Assembly: GCA_963752285.1 (NCBI GenBank)
Contig: CAVVXN010000001.1
Coordinates: forward strand, 128,001-192,000
Direction: 5' to 3'
DNA length: 64,000 bases
Source of the DNA: an uncultured Planctomycetota bacterium
GTDB lineage: Bacteria > Planctomycetota > PLA2 > JAEUHO01
Shown: positions 28,907 through 38,327 of the stretch, in pieces
Position numbering within the stretch: position 1 is the stretch's first letter
How the letters are laid out: every line of letters begins with the position of its first letter
The notes under the pieces: model-generated
Told to the model about the DNA's origin: nothing
The model's database searches: none
Seen by the model: only the letters and a program-made list of their open reading frames with translations
Position numbers and translations under genes: made by a program

Positions 28907-31248
28907 GCCGCCTCCTCCTCGCCTCCGGGCTCCTCCTCCCGCTCCTGGCCCTCTTCGCGGGGGTCGTCACGGCGGGCGAGGGCCCCCAGCGGCCGAACGA
29001 CCCGCACATCGGCTACGTCGTGCCCGCCGGGGGACAGCAGGGCACGGTCACCCGGATCGTCGTGGGCGGCCAGAACCTCCGCGGCGTGAAAGGCGTCCAC
29101 CTGACGGGCACGGGCGTCACGGGACGCGTCGTGCTCTGGATCCCGCCGTTTCGTCCCCTCGATCGCGAGGAGTCGATCGAGCTCCGACGCCGCCTCGTCG
29201 AGGCACGCGACCGCCGGCTCGCGGAGGCCGCGGGCCGCACGGCGTCGAAGCCCCCCGCGCCGGCGCCGGCCGGGGAGGACGGCGGGAAGGACGGCGAAGC
29301 GAAGCCCCGCGCGAAGCTCCCCGACCACCCCCTCCTGGAGAACCTCGACGCGAAGAGCCTCCAAGAGCTGAAGGAGATCGCCGCCTTCTTCTTCCGTCGT
29401 CGCGATCCGACGCAGCAGAAGCGCGCGATCGCCGAGACCGTCTGGATCGACCTCGACGTCGCGGGCGACGCGGAGCCCGGCGAGCGCGAGCTCCGCCTCG
29501 TCACGCCGCAGGGTCTCTCGGACCCGCTGCGGGTCCGGGTGGGCCTCGTACCCGAGACGACGGAGCAGGAACCGAACGACGCGACCCCGCCCGCGAAGGA
29601 CGCGGCCGACCTCCCGATCGTCTTCAACGGGCAGATCCTGCCGCGGGACGTGGACCGGTTCCGCTTCCACGCGAAGCGCGGACAGCACCTCGTGGCCCGG
29701 GCCGAGGCCCGCCGCCTCGTGCCGTACCAGGCGGACTCCGTCCCCGGCTGGATGCAGGCCACGATCACGCTCGAGGACGTGAGCGGTCACGAGCTGGCGT
29801 ACGGAGACGACTACCGGTTCGACCCCGACCCCGTGGTCTTCTACGACGTCGAGAGGGACGAGGACGTCGTCCTCGTCGTGAAGGACGCGCTCGCCCGCGG
29901 CCGCGAGGACTTCGTCTACCGCGTCACGGTCGGCGAGCTTCCGTTCGTCACGAGCGTCTTCCCCCTCGGGGGCCGGGCCGACGTCGCCACGGTGGCGGAG
30001 GTGTCGGGCGTGAACCTCGACCTCCGGCGCGTGCCCCTGGACACGCGCGCGGGCCCGCTCGCCCTGCGGCGGGCGTCGTGGCGGCTCGGGCCGGCGATGT
30101 CCAACCCGGTCCCGTTCGCGGTCGGCGACCTGCCCGAGATCGTCGAGACCGAGGACGCCGAGGCCCCCGGCCCGACGCCGATCACGCTGCCCCTGGTCGT
30201 AAACGGCCGGATCGACCGCCCCGGCGACGTGGACGCGTACGCGTTCCGCGGGCGCGCGGGACAGACGATCGTCGCTTCCGTCGCGGCGCGCGCGCTCGGC
30301 TCGCCGCTCGACGGCGTGCTGCGCCTCGTGGCGGACGACGGCACGGTGGTGGCGTGGAACGACGACCATCCCGACCCCTCCCTGGGCGAGGTGACCCACC
30401 AGGCCGACCCGTGGCTCGAGACGCGCCTCCCGAAGACGGGCACGTACCGCGTCGTCGTGACCGACGGCACCGCGCACGGCGGTCCGGCGTACGCGTACCG
30501 GCTTCGCGTCAGCCCGCCGCGGCCGGACTTCGACGTGCTCGCGAGTCCATCGAGCCTCGACGTGCCGACGGGACGCGCCACGGTCGTCGCGCTCCACGTC
30601 GTGCGAAGGGACGGCTACGACGGGCCCGTGGACGTGACGCTCGACGGCGCGCCGCCCTACCTCACCCTCGCGGGCGCCCGGATCCCCGCGGGCCGGGACC
30701 GCGTCCTCGCCACGCTCTCGACCTCGGCCTCCGCCCGGACCGAGCCCGTCACCCTGCACCTCGTCGCGCGGGCCACCGTGGACGGGCGGGAGGTCGCGCA
30801 CGCCGTCACCCCGGCCGACGCGCAGATGCAGGCGTTCGCCACGTGGCACCTCGTAGAGCGCGAGGTGCTCGTCGCGTGCGTCGTCGGACCGGGCCGCGGC
30901 GGCGCGCCGATCACGCTCGAGGACCCGGTCCCCGTGCGCCTCGTGCGCGGGGGCACGGCGCGCGTTCGCGTTCACGTCCCGGGGCGCCCCGACCTCTCCG
31001 AGATCCGGTTCGTCCTCTACGAGCCGCCGGCGGGCGTCTCGCTCGACGCGCCGACCTCGGCCCGGGGCGAGCTCGTCCTGCCGATCCGCGTGGCGAAGGA
31101 CGGTCCCGCGCCCGGCGCCGAGGACAACCTGATCGTCGAGGCGTTCACGGAGCGCGAGGTCCCCGGTCGCGACGGCCGGCCCGCACAGACCCGCCGCGTC
31201 TCCCTCGGCGTGCTGCCGGCGATCCCCTTCCAGGTCGTGCGACGGTAG
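28903..31248 (+). CDS. PPC (pre-peptidase C-terminal) repeat protein
   Basis: PAGGQQG, EQEPND, NGQI..DVDRFRF and NGRIDRPGDVDAYAF; usual partner of DUF1501/DUF1553. Confidence 0.85.
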   Translation: MSRLLLASGLLLPLLALFAGVVTAGEGPQRPNDPHIGYVVPAGGQQGTVTRIVVGGQNLRGVKGVHLTGTGVTGRVVLWIPPFRPLDREESIELRRRLVEARDRRLAEAAGRTASKPPAPAPAGEDGGKDGEAKPRAKLPDHPLLENLDAKSLQELKEIAAFFFRRRDPTQQKRAIAETVWIDLDVAGDAEPGERELRLVTPQGLSDPLRVRVGLVPETTEQEPNDATPPAKDAADLPIVFNGQILPRDVDRFRFHAKRGQHLVARAEARRLVPYQADSVPGWMQATITLEDVSGHELAYGDDYRFDPDPVVFYDVERDEDVVLVVKDALARGREDFVYRVTVGELPFVTSVFPLGGRADVATVAEVSGVNLDLRRVPLDTRAGPLALRRASWRLGPAMSNPVPFAVGDLPEIVETEDAEAPGPTPITLPLVVNGRIDRPGDVDAYAFRGRAGQTIVASVAARALGSPLDGVLRLVADDGTVVAWNDDHPDPSLGEVTHQADPWLETRLPKTGTYRVVVTDGTAHGGPAYAYRLRVSPPRPDFDVLASPSSLDVPTGRATVVALHVVRRDGYDGPVDVTLDGAPPYLTLAGARIPAGRDRVLATLSTSASARTEPVTLHLVARATVDGREVAHAVTPADAQMQAFATWHLVEREVLVACVVGPGRGGAPITLEDPVPVRLVRGGTARVRVHVPGRPDLSEIRFVLYEPPAGVSLDAPTSARGELVLPIRVAKDGPAPGAEDNLIVEAFTEREVPGRDGRPAQTRRVSLGVLPAIPFQVVRR

Positions 31249-31266
31249 CGAGGGCCACGGCCCTCG

Positions 31267-31761
31267 TCAGAAGACCGACTCGTCGGCGGACGGGCCGTAG
31301 ATCGACGGCACCGGCACGTCGCGAAGACGCAGGTAGACCGCGAGCTGCGCCCGGTGGTGGATCAGGTGGCTCAGCACGAAGCGCCGCAGCACCGCGGACC
31401 GGGGCAACGTGAAGAACACCTGCTCGCCGTGACGGAGCGACCACCCGCCCCGCAGCCGCTCGTCCGAGACGCCGGCGATCTTCCCGTGGCCCGCCGCCAC
31501 GTTCCGGTCGAAGAGCGCGAGGATCTCCGACCGCGTCGCGGCCTTCGGAGGCTCGAACGGTTCGGCGAGGTCGATCCCGTCTCCGTCCACCGTCGCGGCG
31601 ACCCACGACGGGATGTTCGCGACGTGCGTGGCGAGGTCCCCCATGGAGAAGGACTTGTCGTGGGGCTTCCAGGAGAAGGCGTCGTCGGGCACCCGCTCGA
31701 GGACCTTCCGTGTGGTCGCCATCTCCTGGTCGAACTCGGGCAGCAGCGTATCGGACGTCAT
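31267..31761 (-). CDS. DinB family protein
   Basis: WKPHDKS, LATHVA and HLIHHRAQLAVYLR..VPSIYGPSAD motifs. Confidence 0.92.
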   Translation of the reverse strand: MTSDTLLPEFDQEMATTRKVLERVPDDAFSWKPHDKSFSMGDLATHVANIPSWVAATVDGDGIDLAEPFEPPKAATRSEILALFDRNVAAGHGKIAGVSDERLRGGWSLRHGEQVFFTLPRSAVLRRFVLSHLIHHRAQLAVYLRLRDVPVPSIYGPSADESVF

Positions 31762-31973
31762 CGTTCGCGTTCTCCATGCCCTCGGACGGGGTCCGGCCGG
31801 GCGCCCGGGGCGCGCCGTACTACCGGGGGAGGCGTCCCTCCGTCAAGCGACGGCCGAGCGCAGGTCGGGCCCTCCGCGGCCGGGTACGACACGCAAAACG
31901 CGGTCGAGGGAGCGGACATGGGAACGTGCCGGACGCACGCGGCCGTCCTGTCGGGTCCCGGGGAGCCGCGGTC

Positions 31974-33092
31974 GTGAGCGAGGCCCTTCTCACGCGCCTC
32001 GGCGCGCCGGGTCCGAAGCGGATCCTCGCGCTGGACGGCGGCGGCGTGCGCGGTCTCCTCTCGCTCGAGTTCCTCGCGCGCGTCGAGGACGTCCTCCGCG
32101 CGCGCACGGGCCGGCCGGACCTCGTTCTCGCCGACTACTTCGACCTCGTCGGCGGGACCAGCACGGGCGCGATGATCGCGGGCGGCCTCGCCACGGGCAT
32201 GGAGGTCGCGGCGATCCGCGAGCTCTACCTCACGGCCGGTCGCGAGGTCTTCCGGCGCCGCCGAATCCGGTTCTGGCACGCGCTCTACGACGAGCACCGC
32301 CTCGAGCGCGTCCTGGAGGAGCGCTTCGGTGACGTCACCCTGGGCGACGACGCGATCCGCACGGGCCTGTGCCTCGTCACGAAGCGCGCCGACACGAACA
32401 GCACGTGGCCGCTCGTGAACCACCCCGGTGGCCGGTACTACGCGTCGAACCGCCACATCCGGCTGCGCGACGCCATCCGCGCGAGCGCGGCGGCGCCGGT
32501 GATGTTCCGACCCGCGAAGATCGAGATCGCGCCGGGCCAGTCGGGCACGTTCGTGGACGGGGCCGTCAGCGTCGCGAACAACCCCGCGCTCCTCCTGCTC
32601 CTCGTGGCCACGCTCGCGGGCTATCCCTTCCACTGGCCGCTCGGAGAGGACCAGATCCTCCTCGTCTCCGTCGGCACCGGGGTCTGGGAGCGGCGCACCG
32701 ACGCGCTCGCCATGGCCCGCGCGAACGCGTTCCAGTGGCTGGCGCACCTCCCCGACATGCTCATCCAGGACGCCGGCACGATGACAGAGCTCCTGCTCCA
32801 GGCCCTGTCGAAGACGCCCACGCCCTGGGCCATCGACCGCGAGGTCGGCGACCTCGACGGCGAGCTCTGGTTCGGTCGGCCGGCGCTCTCGTACGTGCGC
32901 TACAACGCGCGCCTCGAGCCCGACGCGCTCGTCGAGCTCGGCCTCTCTGACCTCGTGCCGCGCCTCGACAGCCTCCGCCGGCTCGCGGGCCAGGACACCC
33001 ACGACGACCTGGTCCGGATCGGCCGCGCCGAGGCGACACGGGCGGTGTCGCCCGACCACCTGCGTCCGGCGTTCGACCTGCCGGTGCCCTGA
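31974..33092 (+). CDS. Patatin-like phospholipase
   Basis: LALDGGGVRG, GTSTG and FVDGA motifs. Confidence 0.9.
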   Translation: MSEALLTRLGAPGPKRILALDGGGVRGLLSLEFLARVEDVLRARTGRPDLVLADYFDLVGGTSTGAMIAGGLATGMEVAAIRELYLTAGREVFRRRRIRFWHALYDEHRLERVLEERFGDVTLGDDAIRTGLCLVTKRADTNSTWPLVNHPGGRYYASNRHIRLRDAIRASAAAPVMFRPAKIEIAPGQSGTFVDGAVSVANNPALLLLLVATLAGYPFHWPLGEDQILLVSVGTGVWERRTDALAMARANAFQWLAHLPDMLIQDAGTMTELLLQALSKTPTPWAIDREVGDLDGELWFGRPALSYVRYNARLEPDALVELGLSDLVPRLDSLRRLAGQDTHDDLVRIGRAEATRAVSPDHLRPAFDLPVP

Positions 33093-33173
33093 GGGTCGCA
33101 TCGGCGGTCTCGACGGTCGCGCCGCAGCCCCGGCGCACGTCGCCGTCCTGGTACACCCCCGGGGGGAGGGCCC

Positions 33174-34499
33174 ATGGAGCACATCTCGTCCGAGCCGCCG
33201 CCGACGCGACGCGGCGGCGTCCTGGTGCCCGGGGAAACGGTCTCGCTCTCGGCGATGGTGCAGCAGGTGCGGCGCTTCGCGTGGGGCGGGTTCCTGATCC
33301 TCCGCCTCGACGACGGCTACGTGCAGGCCGTCTCGGACGACCCCCAGGCCCTGGAGGCGGTGACGGAGGGCGCGACGGTCCGCGTCAGGGGCGAGGTGCG
33401 CGCCGCCGACGTCAAGGCCGCGCACGTGACGAACCAGAAGGTCGAGATCGGGCTCCAGGAGATCGTCGTCCGGAGCGCCCCGACCGGTCTGCCCCCGGTG
33501 GACCTGCACAAGCCGGACCTCGACCTGACCCTCGAGGTCAAGCTCGACCACCGGCCGGTGTCGCTGCGCCACCCGAAGGAGCGCGCGATCTTCCGCGTCG
33601 CCGCGCGCCTCGGCCGCGCGTTTCGGAAGTTCCTCGACGCCGAGGCGTTCATCGAGATCCATTCGCCGAAGATCTGCTCGACCGGCGCCGAGGGCGGCGC
33701 CAACATCTTCTCGCTCGACTACTTCGGACGACGCGCGTTCCTCGCCCAGAGCCCGCAGTTCTACAAGCAGATGGGCGTCGGGATCTTCGGTCGGGTGTAC
33801 GAGATCGGCTCCGTGTTCCGCGCGGAGCCCCACGCGACGAGCCGCCACCTGAACGAGTACGTGTCGCTCGACTTCGAGATGGGCCCCATCGACGACTTTC
33901 GCGACGTCATGCGGATGGAGGCCGCGCTCCTCACGGACATGATGCGGGACGTGGCCAGCGACTGCGCCGCCGACCTCGCACTGCTCGGCGCGACGGTCCC
34001 CGACGTGCCCGCGACGGTCCCCTCGATCACGCTGGCCGAGGCGCACGAGATCGTCCACGACCGACACGGCAAGGACCACCGCGGCGAGCCGGACCTCGCG
34101 CCCGAGGAGGAGGAGCTCCTCTCCCGGACCGCCCGGGAGGAGCTCTCGAGCGAGTTCCTCTTCGTGACGCACTACCCGAGCGCGAAGCGGCCCTTCTACA
34201 CGTTCGACGACCCGGAGCGTCCCGGCGAGACGTGCTCGTTCGACCTCCTCTTTCGCGGCGTCGAGATCACCACCGGGGGCCAGCGCATCCACGACCACGC
34301 GGCGCAGGTCGCGAAGCTCGTCCGCTTCGGGCTCGACCCGGCCGACTTCGAGAGCTTCCTCCAGATCCACCGGGCGGGCATGCCGCCGCACGGCGGCCTC
34401 GCGATCGGACTGGAGCGCCTGACCGCGCGGCTCCTCGGCCTCGCGAACGTGAAGGAGGCGAGCCTCTTCCCGCGCGACGTGAACCGCCTGACCCCGTAG
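33174..34499 (+). CDS. aspS: Aspartyl-tRNA synthetase, short archaeal-type (probably non-discriminating)
   Basis: AEGGANIF, LAQSPQFYKQ, FRAE..RHLNEY, EITTGGQR, PHGG..GLER and FPRD; 441 aa, no GAD insertion. Confidence 0.9.
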   Translation: MEHISSEPPPTRRGGVLVPGETVSLSAMVQQVRRFAWGGFLILRLDDGYVQAVSDDPQALEAVTEGATVRVRGEVRAADVKAAHVTNQKVEIGLQEIVVRSAPTGLPPVDLHKPDLDLTLEVKLDHRPVSLRHPKERAIFRVAARLGRAFRKFLDAEAFIEIHSPKICSTGAEGGANIFSLDYFGRRAFLAQSPQFYKQMGVGIFGRVYEIGSVFRAEPHATSRHLNEYVSLDFEMGPIDDFRDVMRMEAALLTDMMRDVASDCAADLALLGATVPDVPATVPSITLAEAHEIVHDRHGKDHRGEPDLAPEEEELLSRTAREELSSEFLFVTHYPSAKRPFYTFDDPERPGETCSFDLLFRGVEITTGGQRIHDHAAQVAKLVRFGLDPADFESFLQIHRAGMPPHGGLAIGLERLTARLLGLANVKEASLFPRDVNRLTP

Positions 34500-34572
34500 C
34501 CCGGACCTGGGGAACGCCCGGGGAGGAGAAGGGGTCCGCCGGCCCCGCGCACCGGCTCGGCGCCGTCCCCGC

Positions 34573-34626
34573 GTTCACGACCTGTTCACGACCCGTGAAC
34601 GCGCGTTAATTTTCGACTCGCGAGTC
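34573..34626. promoter_or_regulatory. Candidate operator region: GTTC-N7-GTTC direct repeat and GACTCGCGAGTC palindrome
   Basis: GTTCACGACC occurs twice (34573, 34584); 12-bp perfect palindrome at 34615..34626 in a locally AT-rich tract upstream of the 34680 gene. Confidence 0.4.
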
Positions 34627-34679
34627 AACAATCCCTTCACCGAAAGGGAACGCGCGATGAGGGACGCCGGGAGCGGCGC

Positions 34680-37538
34680 ATGCAGTCGTCCGTTCGGGCT
34701 CGGGGAGCCCTCGTCCTCGCCTTCCTCCTCTCCGCGGGATCGCTCGCCGCGTGCGGCGGCGGCGGCACCGGCGGCGCGACGCCCTCGGTCACCACCCTCC
34801 CGTCCTCCGGGCCGACGACCACGCCGGCCACCCCGCCCACGACCGGGCCGGTCACGTCCCCCTCCGACCCGGTGCCCCCGGCGAGCGAGCCGCCCCCCGC
34901 GGACGCGCCGCCGGCGGCCGAGCCCCCGCCCCCGACGACGCCGATCGAGCCGCCCGAGAAGCCCGCCGCGCTCCCGGCGTGGACGGGCCTCCCGGACGTG
35001 CGCGGCGTCGCGATCGACCCGACCGACGGGTCCGCGTGGGCGGTCTCCGCCGCGGACGGGACCCTGTGGCGGCTTCGTCCGGGCGAGATCCGGCCCGAGC
35101 CGCGCGGCACGCTCGCGACGGCGGGCGTCCGGGGTCTCACGGTGGACCCGATCGCGCACGTCCTCCTGGCCGTCGTGGACGGAGGCGGCACGCTCGACGA
35201 CCGGCTCGTCCAGATCGACCCGGACAGCCTCGCGACCACGCCGATCGGCACGATCGCGGGCCACGCGGGCGTCGAGGCGCTCGCGTACCACCCGCTCGCG
35301 GGGATCCTCTTCGCCGTGGACACCGCCACGCACGTCCTCCTCTCGATCGACGCGGGGACGGCGGACGCGACGGTGGTCGGCTCGCTCGGGGCCTTCACCG
35401 ACGTAGAGAGCCTCGCGCCGGACACCGGGAGCCTACGTCTCTTCGGCGTGGACCGCGCTCAGCGCGTCCTCGTCGGGATCGACTGCGCCACGGCCACGGC
35501 GACGCGCCTCGCCGACGCCCCGGCGTCGGTGGACGGCCTCGGCTACGACCCTGGCGAGCGACGCTTCCTCGCCGCGTCGGCGTCCGACGGCTCCCTCTCC
35601 GTCTACGACCCCATCGGCGCGTGGATGGACACCGCCGACATCCGCGGCCTCGCGACCGACCCCGACGCCGGCACGCTCTTCGGCTCGTACCCGCCGAACG
35701 GCCTGATCGTCCGCCTCGACCCGGCGACGGGATGGAAGCAGCCTGTCGGCTACGTCCCGGTGCCGCGTCTCGAGGGCCTCGCGTACGACGCGGCGACCCG
35801 GACGCTCTACGCCGTGTCGAGCGCGACCGCGACCGTGTACGCCCTCTCGCCGGACGACGCCGCGGTGCGCGCGAGCGTGGCCGTGAACGGCGCCGGAACC
35901 GCCCTCACGGGGCTCGCCGGGCTCGCCTTCGGGAACGGCGTCCTCTACGCGAGCGACCGCGACCAGAACACGATCCTGAGGATCGAGCCCGCGACGGGCT
36001 ACGCGAACGTCCTCGGCGCGCCGGTCGGCGCCGGCACGATCGAGGGCCTCGACTTCGACGCCGCCCAAAACCTCCTCCTCGGCTTCAGCAACGCCGCGCA
36101 CGCGTTCGTCGAAATCGATCCGTCACGCGCCGACGAGGCGCGCGTCGTGAGCCAGGGCGCGTTCGCCCGCGTGGACGCCCTCGCCTGGTCCGCGACGGAC
36201 GAGCGGCTCTACGGGACCGCGTCCGACCGGCACGAGCTGTTCGTCGTCTGGCAGAGCGAGGTCGCCCCGCTCGGTGTGGACGGTCTCGGCGCGCTCGTGT
36301 GGCAGAACGACACCAAGCGGCTCCTCGGGTTCGACGCGGCCAGCGCGACGATCGTGGAGATCGACCCCGACCTCGAGATCGCCCTTCCCGTCCGCGCGTG
36401 GCCGGGGGGCCGGCTCGACGCGATGACCTTCGATCCCGGTCGCGGCGTGGTGTTCGCGGTGGACGGCGGGACGGGCGACCTCTACGCCCTGGACGATGCG
36501 CTCCAAGCGACGCCCGTCGGCGCGCCGGGCGTCCTCGCCCAACAGGACGTGAGCGCGCTCGCGTTCGTCCCGGTGTCCGGACGCCTCTACGCGGTCTCCG
36601 GCACGACCGGCCGTCTGCTCGTCGTGGACGCCGTGACCGGCGCGGCGACCGAGGTGAACGAGGCGGGCCCGGGCCTCGGCTTCTCATCGATCCACGCGAT
36701 GGTCTTCGACCCCGCGACGGGCATGCTGCTCGCCGTGGACCGCACGACGCAAAGCCTGCTCCAGGTGGACTGGACGACCGGAAGCGCGGTCACGCTCGCG
36801 ACCGTCGAGCCGGCGCACGTCGGCGGCATGGCGATGCGCCCGGGCGCGCGGGCGATCTGGTTGTCCGACCAGGACCGTCTGGTCCGCGTGGACCGCTTCA
36901 CCGGAGCGACCGTCCACGCGACGCCGCTTCCGCCCGCGGTCCGGGGCGGGACCGCCGGGGTCGCGCTCCGTCTCCTGTGGCCCCGCGGCGACGTGCGCGC
37001 GGCGGCGCTCGACACCCTCGGCGTGGAGGTCGGGCCCGCGGACCAGGACCAGGACCTCGTCATCAGCCGTCGCGGGCGCGAGCTCTACCGCCAGGCGCTC
37101 GACCCGACCGACGTCGTGACGGTCTGTCGCTTCCCGCCCACGGTGCGCCGCGCGCTCGCGGTCGGCGACGAGGTGACGTGGGGCGTCGGCTCGGCCAAGA
37201 CGACGTTCCGCGTCGTCGCGGACGGCGGGACCTCCGCGGCCCTCGCGGCCGTCCTCTCGCACCCGACCGTCGCCACGCGTTCGGCGAACGAGCGGGCCCT
37301 CGCCCGGGCCTGGCTCCTCGATCGCCGGGGGCTCTACACCGAGGCCCTCGACGTGGAGCTGAGGACGCTGGCCCGGCCTTCGAGCCGTTCTCCGTACCTG
37401 ACCCTCGGTCTCCTCCGGACCCTCGGCCACCTCGGCCTGCTCGACACGCGGCTCGGCGCGACCGCGCTGGGCGAGGCCCGCGCCCAGAGCCCCGCCTGCC
37501 GGTTCGGCTCCGCGGTGCGCGCCTACGTCCGCGACTGA
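34680..37538 (+). CDS. Large beta-propeller lipoprotein with Pro/Thr-rich stalk
   Basis: Lipobox LAAC; many ~40-45 aa blades of type GLA(Y/F)DP..LYAV...L..ID. Confidence 0.8.
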   Translation: MQSSVRARGALVLAFLLSAGSLAACGGGGTGGATPSVTTLPSSGPTTTPATPPTTGPVTSPSDPVPPASEPPPADAPPAAEPPPPTTPIEPPEKPAALPAWTGLPDVRGVAIDPTDGSAWAVSAADGTLWRLRPGEIRPEPRGTLATAGVRGLTVDPIAHVLLAVVDGGGTLDDRLVQIDPDSLATTPIGTIAGHAGVEALAYHPLAGILFAVDTATHVLLSIDAGTADATVVGSLGAFTDVESLAPDTGSLRLFGVDRAQRVLVGIDCATATATRLADAPASVDGLGYDPGERRFLAASASDGSLSVYDPIGAWMDTADIRGLATDPDAGTLFGSYPPNGLIVRLDPATGWKQPVGYVPVPRLEGLAYDAATRTLYAVSSATATVYALSPDDAAVRASVAVNGAGTALTGLAGLAFGNGVLYASDRDQNTILRIEPATGYANVLGAPVGAGTIEGLDFDAAQNLLLGFSNAAHAFVEIDPSRADEARVVSQGAFARVDALAWSATDERLYGTASDRHELFVVWQSEVAPLGVDGLGALVWQNDTKRLLGFDAASATIVEIDPDLEIALPVRAWPGGRLDAMTFDPGRGVVFAVDGGTGDLYALDDALQATPVGAPGVLAQQDVSALAFVPVSGRLYAVSGTTGRLLVVDAVTGAATEVNEAGPGLGFSSIHAMVFDPATGMLLAVDRTTQSLLQVDWTTGSAVTLATVEPAHVGGMAMRPGARAIWLSDQDRLVRVDRFTGATVHATPLPPAVRGGTAGVALRLLWPRGDVRAAALDTLGVEVGPADQDQDLVISRRGRELYRQALDPTDVVTVCRFPPTVRRALAVGDEVTWGVGSAKTTFRVVADGGTSAALAAVLSHPTVATRSANERALARAWLLDRRGLYTEALDVELRTLARPSSRSPYLTLGLLRTLGHLGLLDTRLGATALGEARAQSPACRFGSAVRAYVRD

Positions 37539-38254
37539 CCGCGCGCGCGGCCCGACACGAGGCCCCCCGTGCCGAGGACGAGGGAGGTCGTCCGGACGTC
37601 GTCGAACGCGGCGGCCGCGAGCGCCGCGTGGAGGTCCTCGGGCCAACGCGACGTACGGACCAGCGCTTCCAAGCGGCGGTCGAACGCGACCCGCCACTCG
37701 GGGAACGCCCACGGTCCGACGCGCGCGACGACCCGCATCCACGCCGTCCAGAGCGCGCGCGGCAGGGGGCTCCCGGGCACCGTGAAGTCGTGGAACGCGA
37801 CCACCGCGCCCGGGGCGAGGTGCGGGAGGAGGTTCGCCACGAGACGTCCTGCGTCCACGTACTTCGGGAGGTAGCTCGCGACGACCGCGTCGTACGGCCC
37901 GTCGAGCAGGACGTCCTCGGCGTTGCCCAGTCGGAGCGTGACGCGGTCGCCGAGCCGGGCGAACCGACGTCGGGCGACGGCGAGGTACTCGGCGGTCACG
38001 TCCACGCCGGTCACGCGCGCGCGGGGGCGTCGTTGCAGGAGCGCCTTCGTGACGATGCCCGTCCCGCACGCGAGGTCGAGCACGGTCCGCGCCCCGCGCG
38101 GCACGCACCGGAGCAGCGCGCGCTTCCACACCCGATCGAGCCCGAACGTCGTGAGCGCCACGACCCGGTCGTACGACGCCGCCGTGCCCTCGAAGAACGC
38201 GGCGACGAGCCCGAGCCGCTCCTCGGCGCCCGCCCCCTGCTCCGGCTCAGGCAT
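37523..38254 (-). CDS. Class I SAM methyltransferase (UbiE/MenG-like)
   Basis: YDRVVALTTFGLDRVWK and VLDLACGTG motifs. Confidence 0.85.
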   Translation of the reverse strand: MPEPEQGAGAEERLGLVAAFFEGTAASYDRVVALTTFGLDRVWKRALLRCVPRGARTVLDLACGTGIVTKALLQRRPRARVTGVDVTAEYLAVARRRFARLGDRVTLRLGNAEDVLLDGPYDAVVASYLPKYVDAGRLVANLLPHLAPGAVVAFHDFTVPGSPLPRALWTAWMRVVARVGPWAFPEWRVAFDRRLEALVRTSRWPEDLHAALAAAAFDDVRTTSLVLGTGGLVSGRARGQSRT

Positions 38255-38327
38255 CGTCCGACCCCGCGCGTGACACCGCGCCGGCGCGGAACGAGAATGG
38301 CCACGCCCCGATCGGGGCAGGGACGTC

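Noticed and set aside
31974..33092. Patatin as a CBASS-type anti-phage effector
   Set aside because: No nucleotidyltransferase or other defence gene nearby; neighbours are DinB and aspS.
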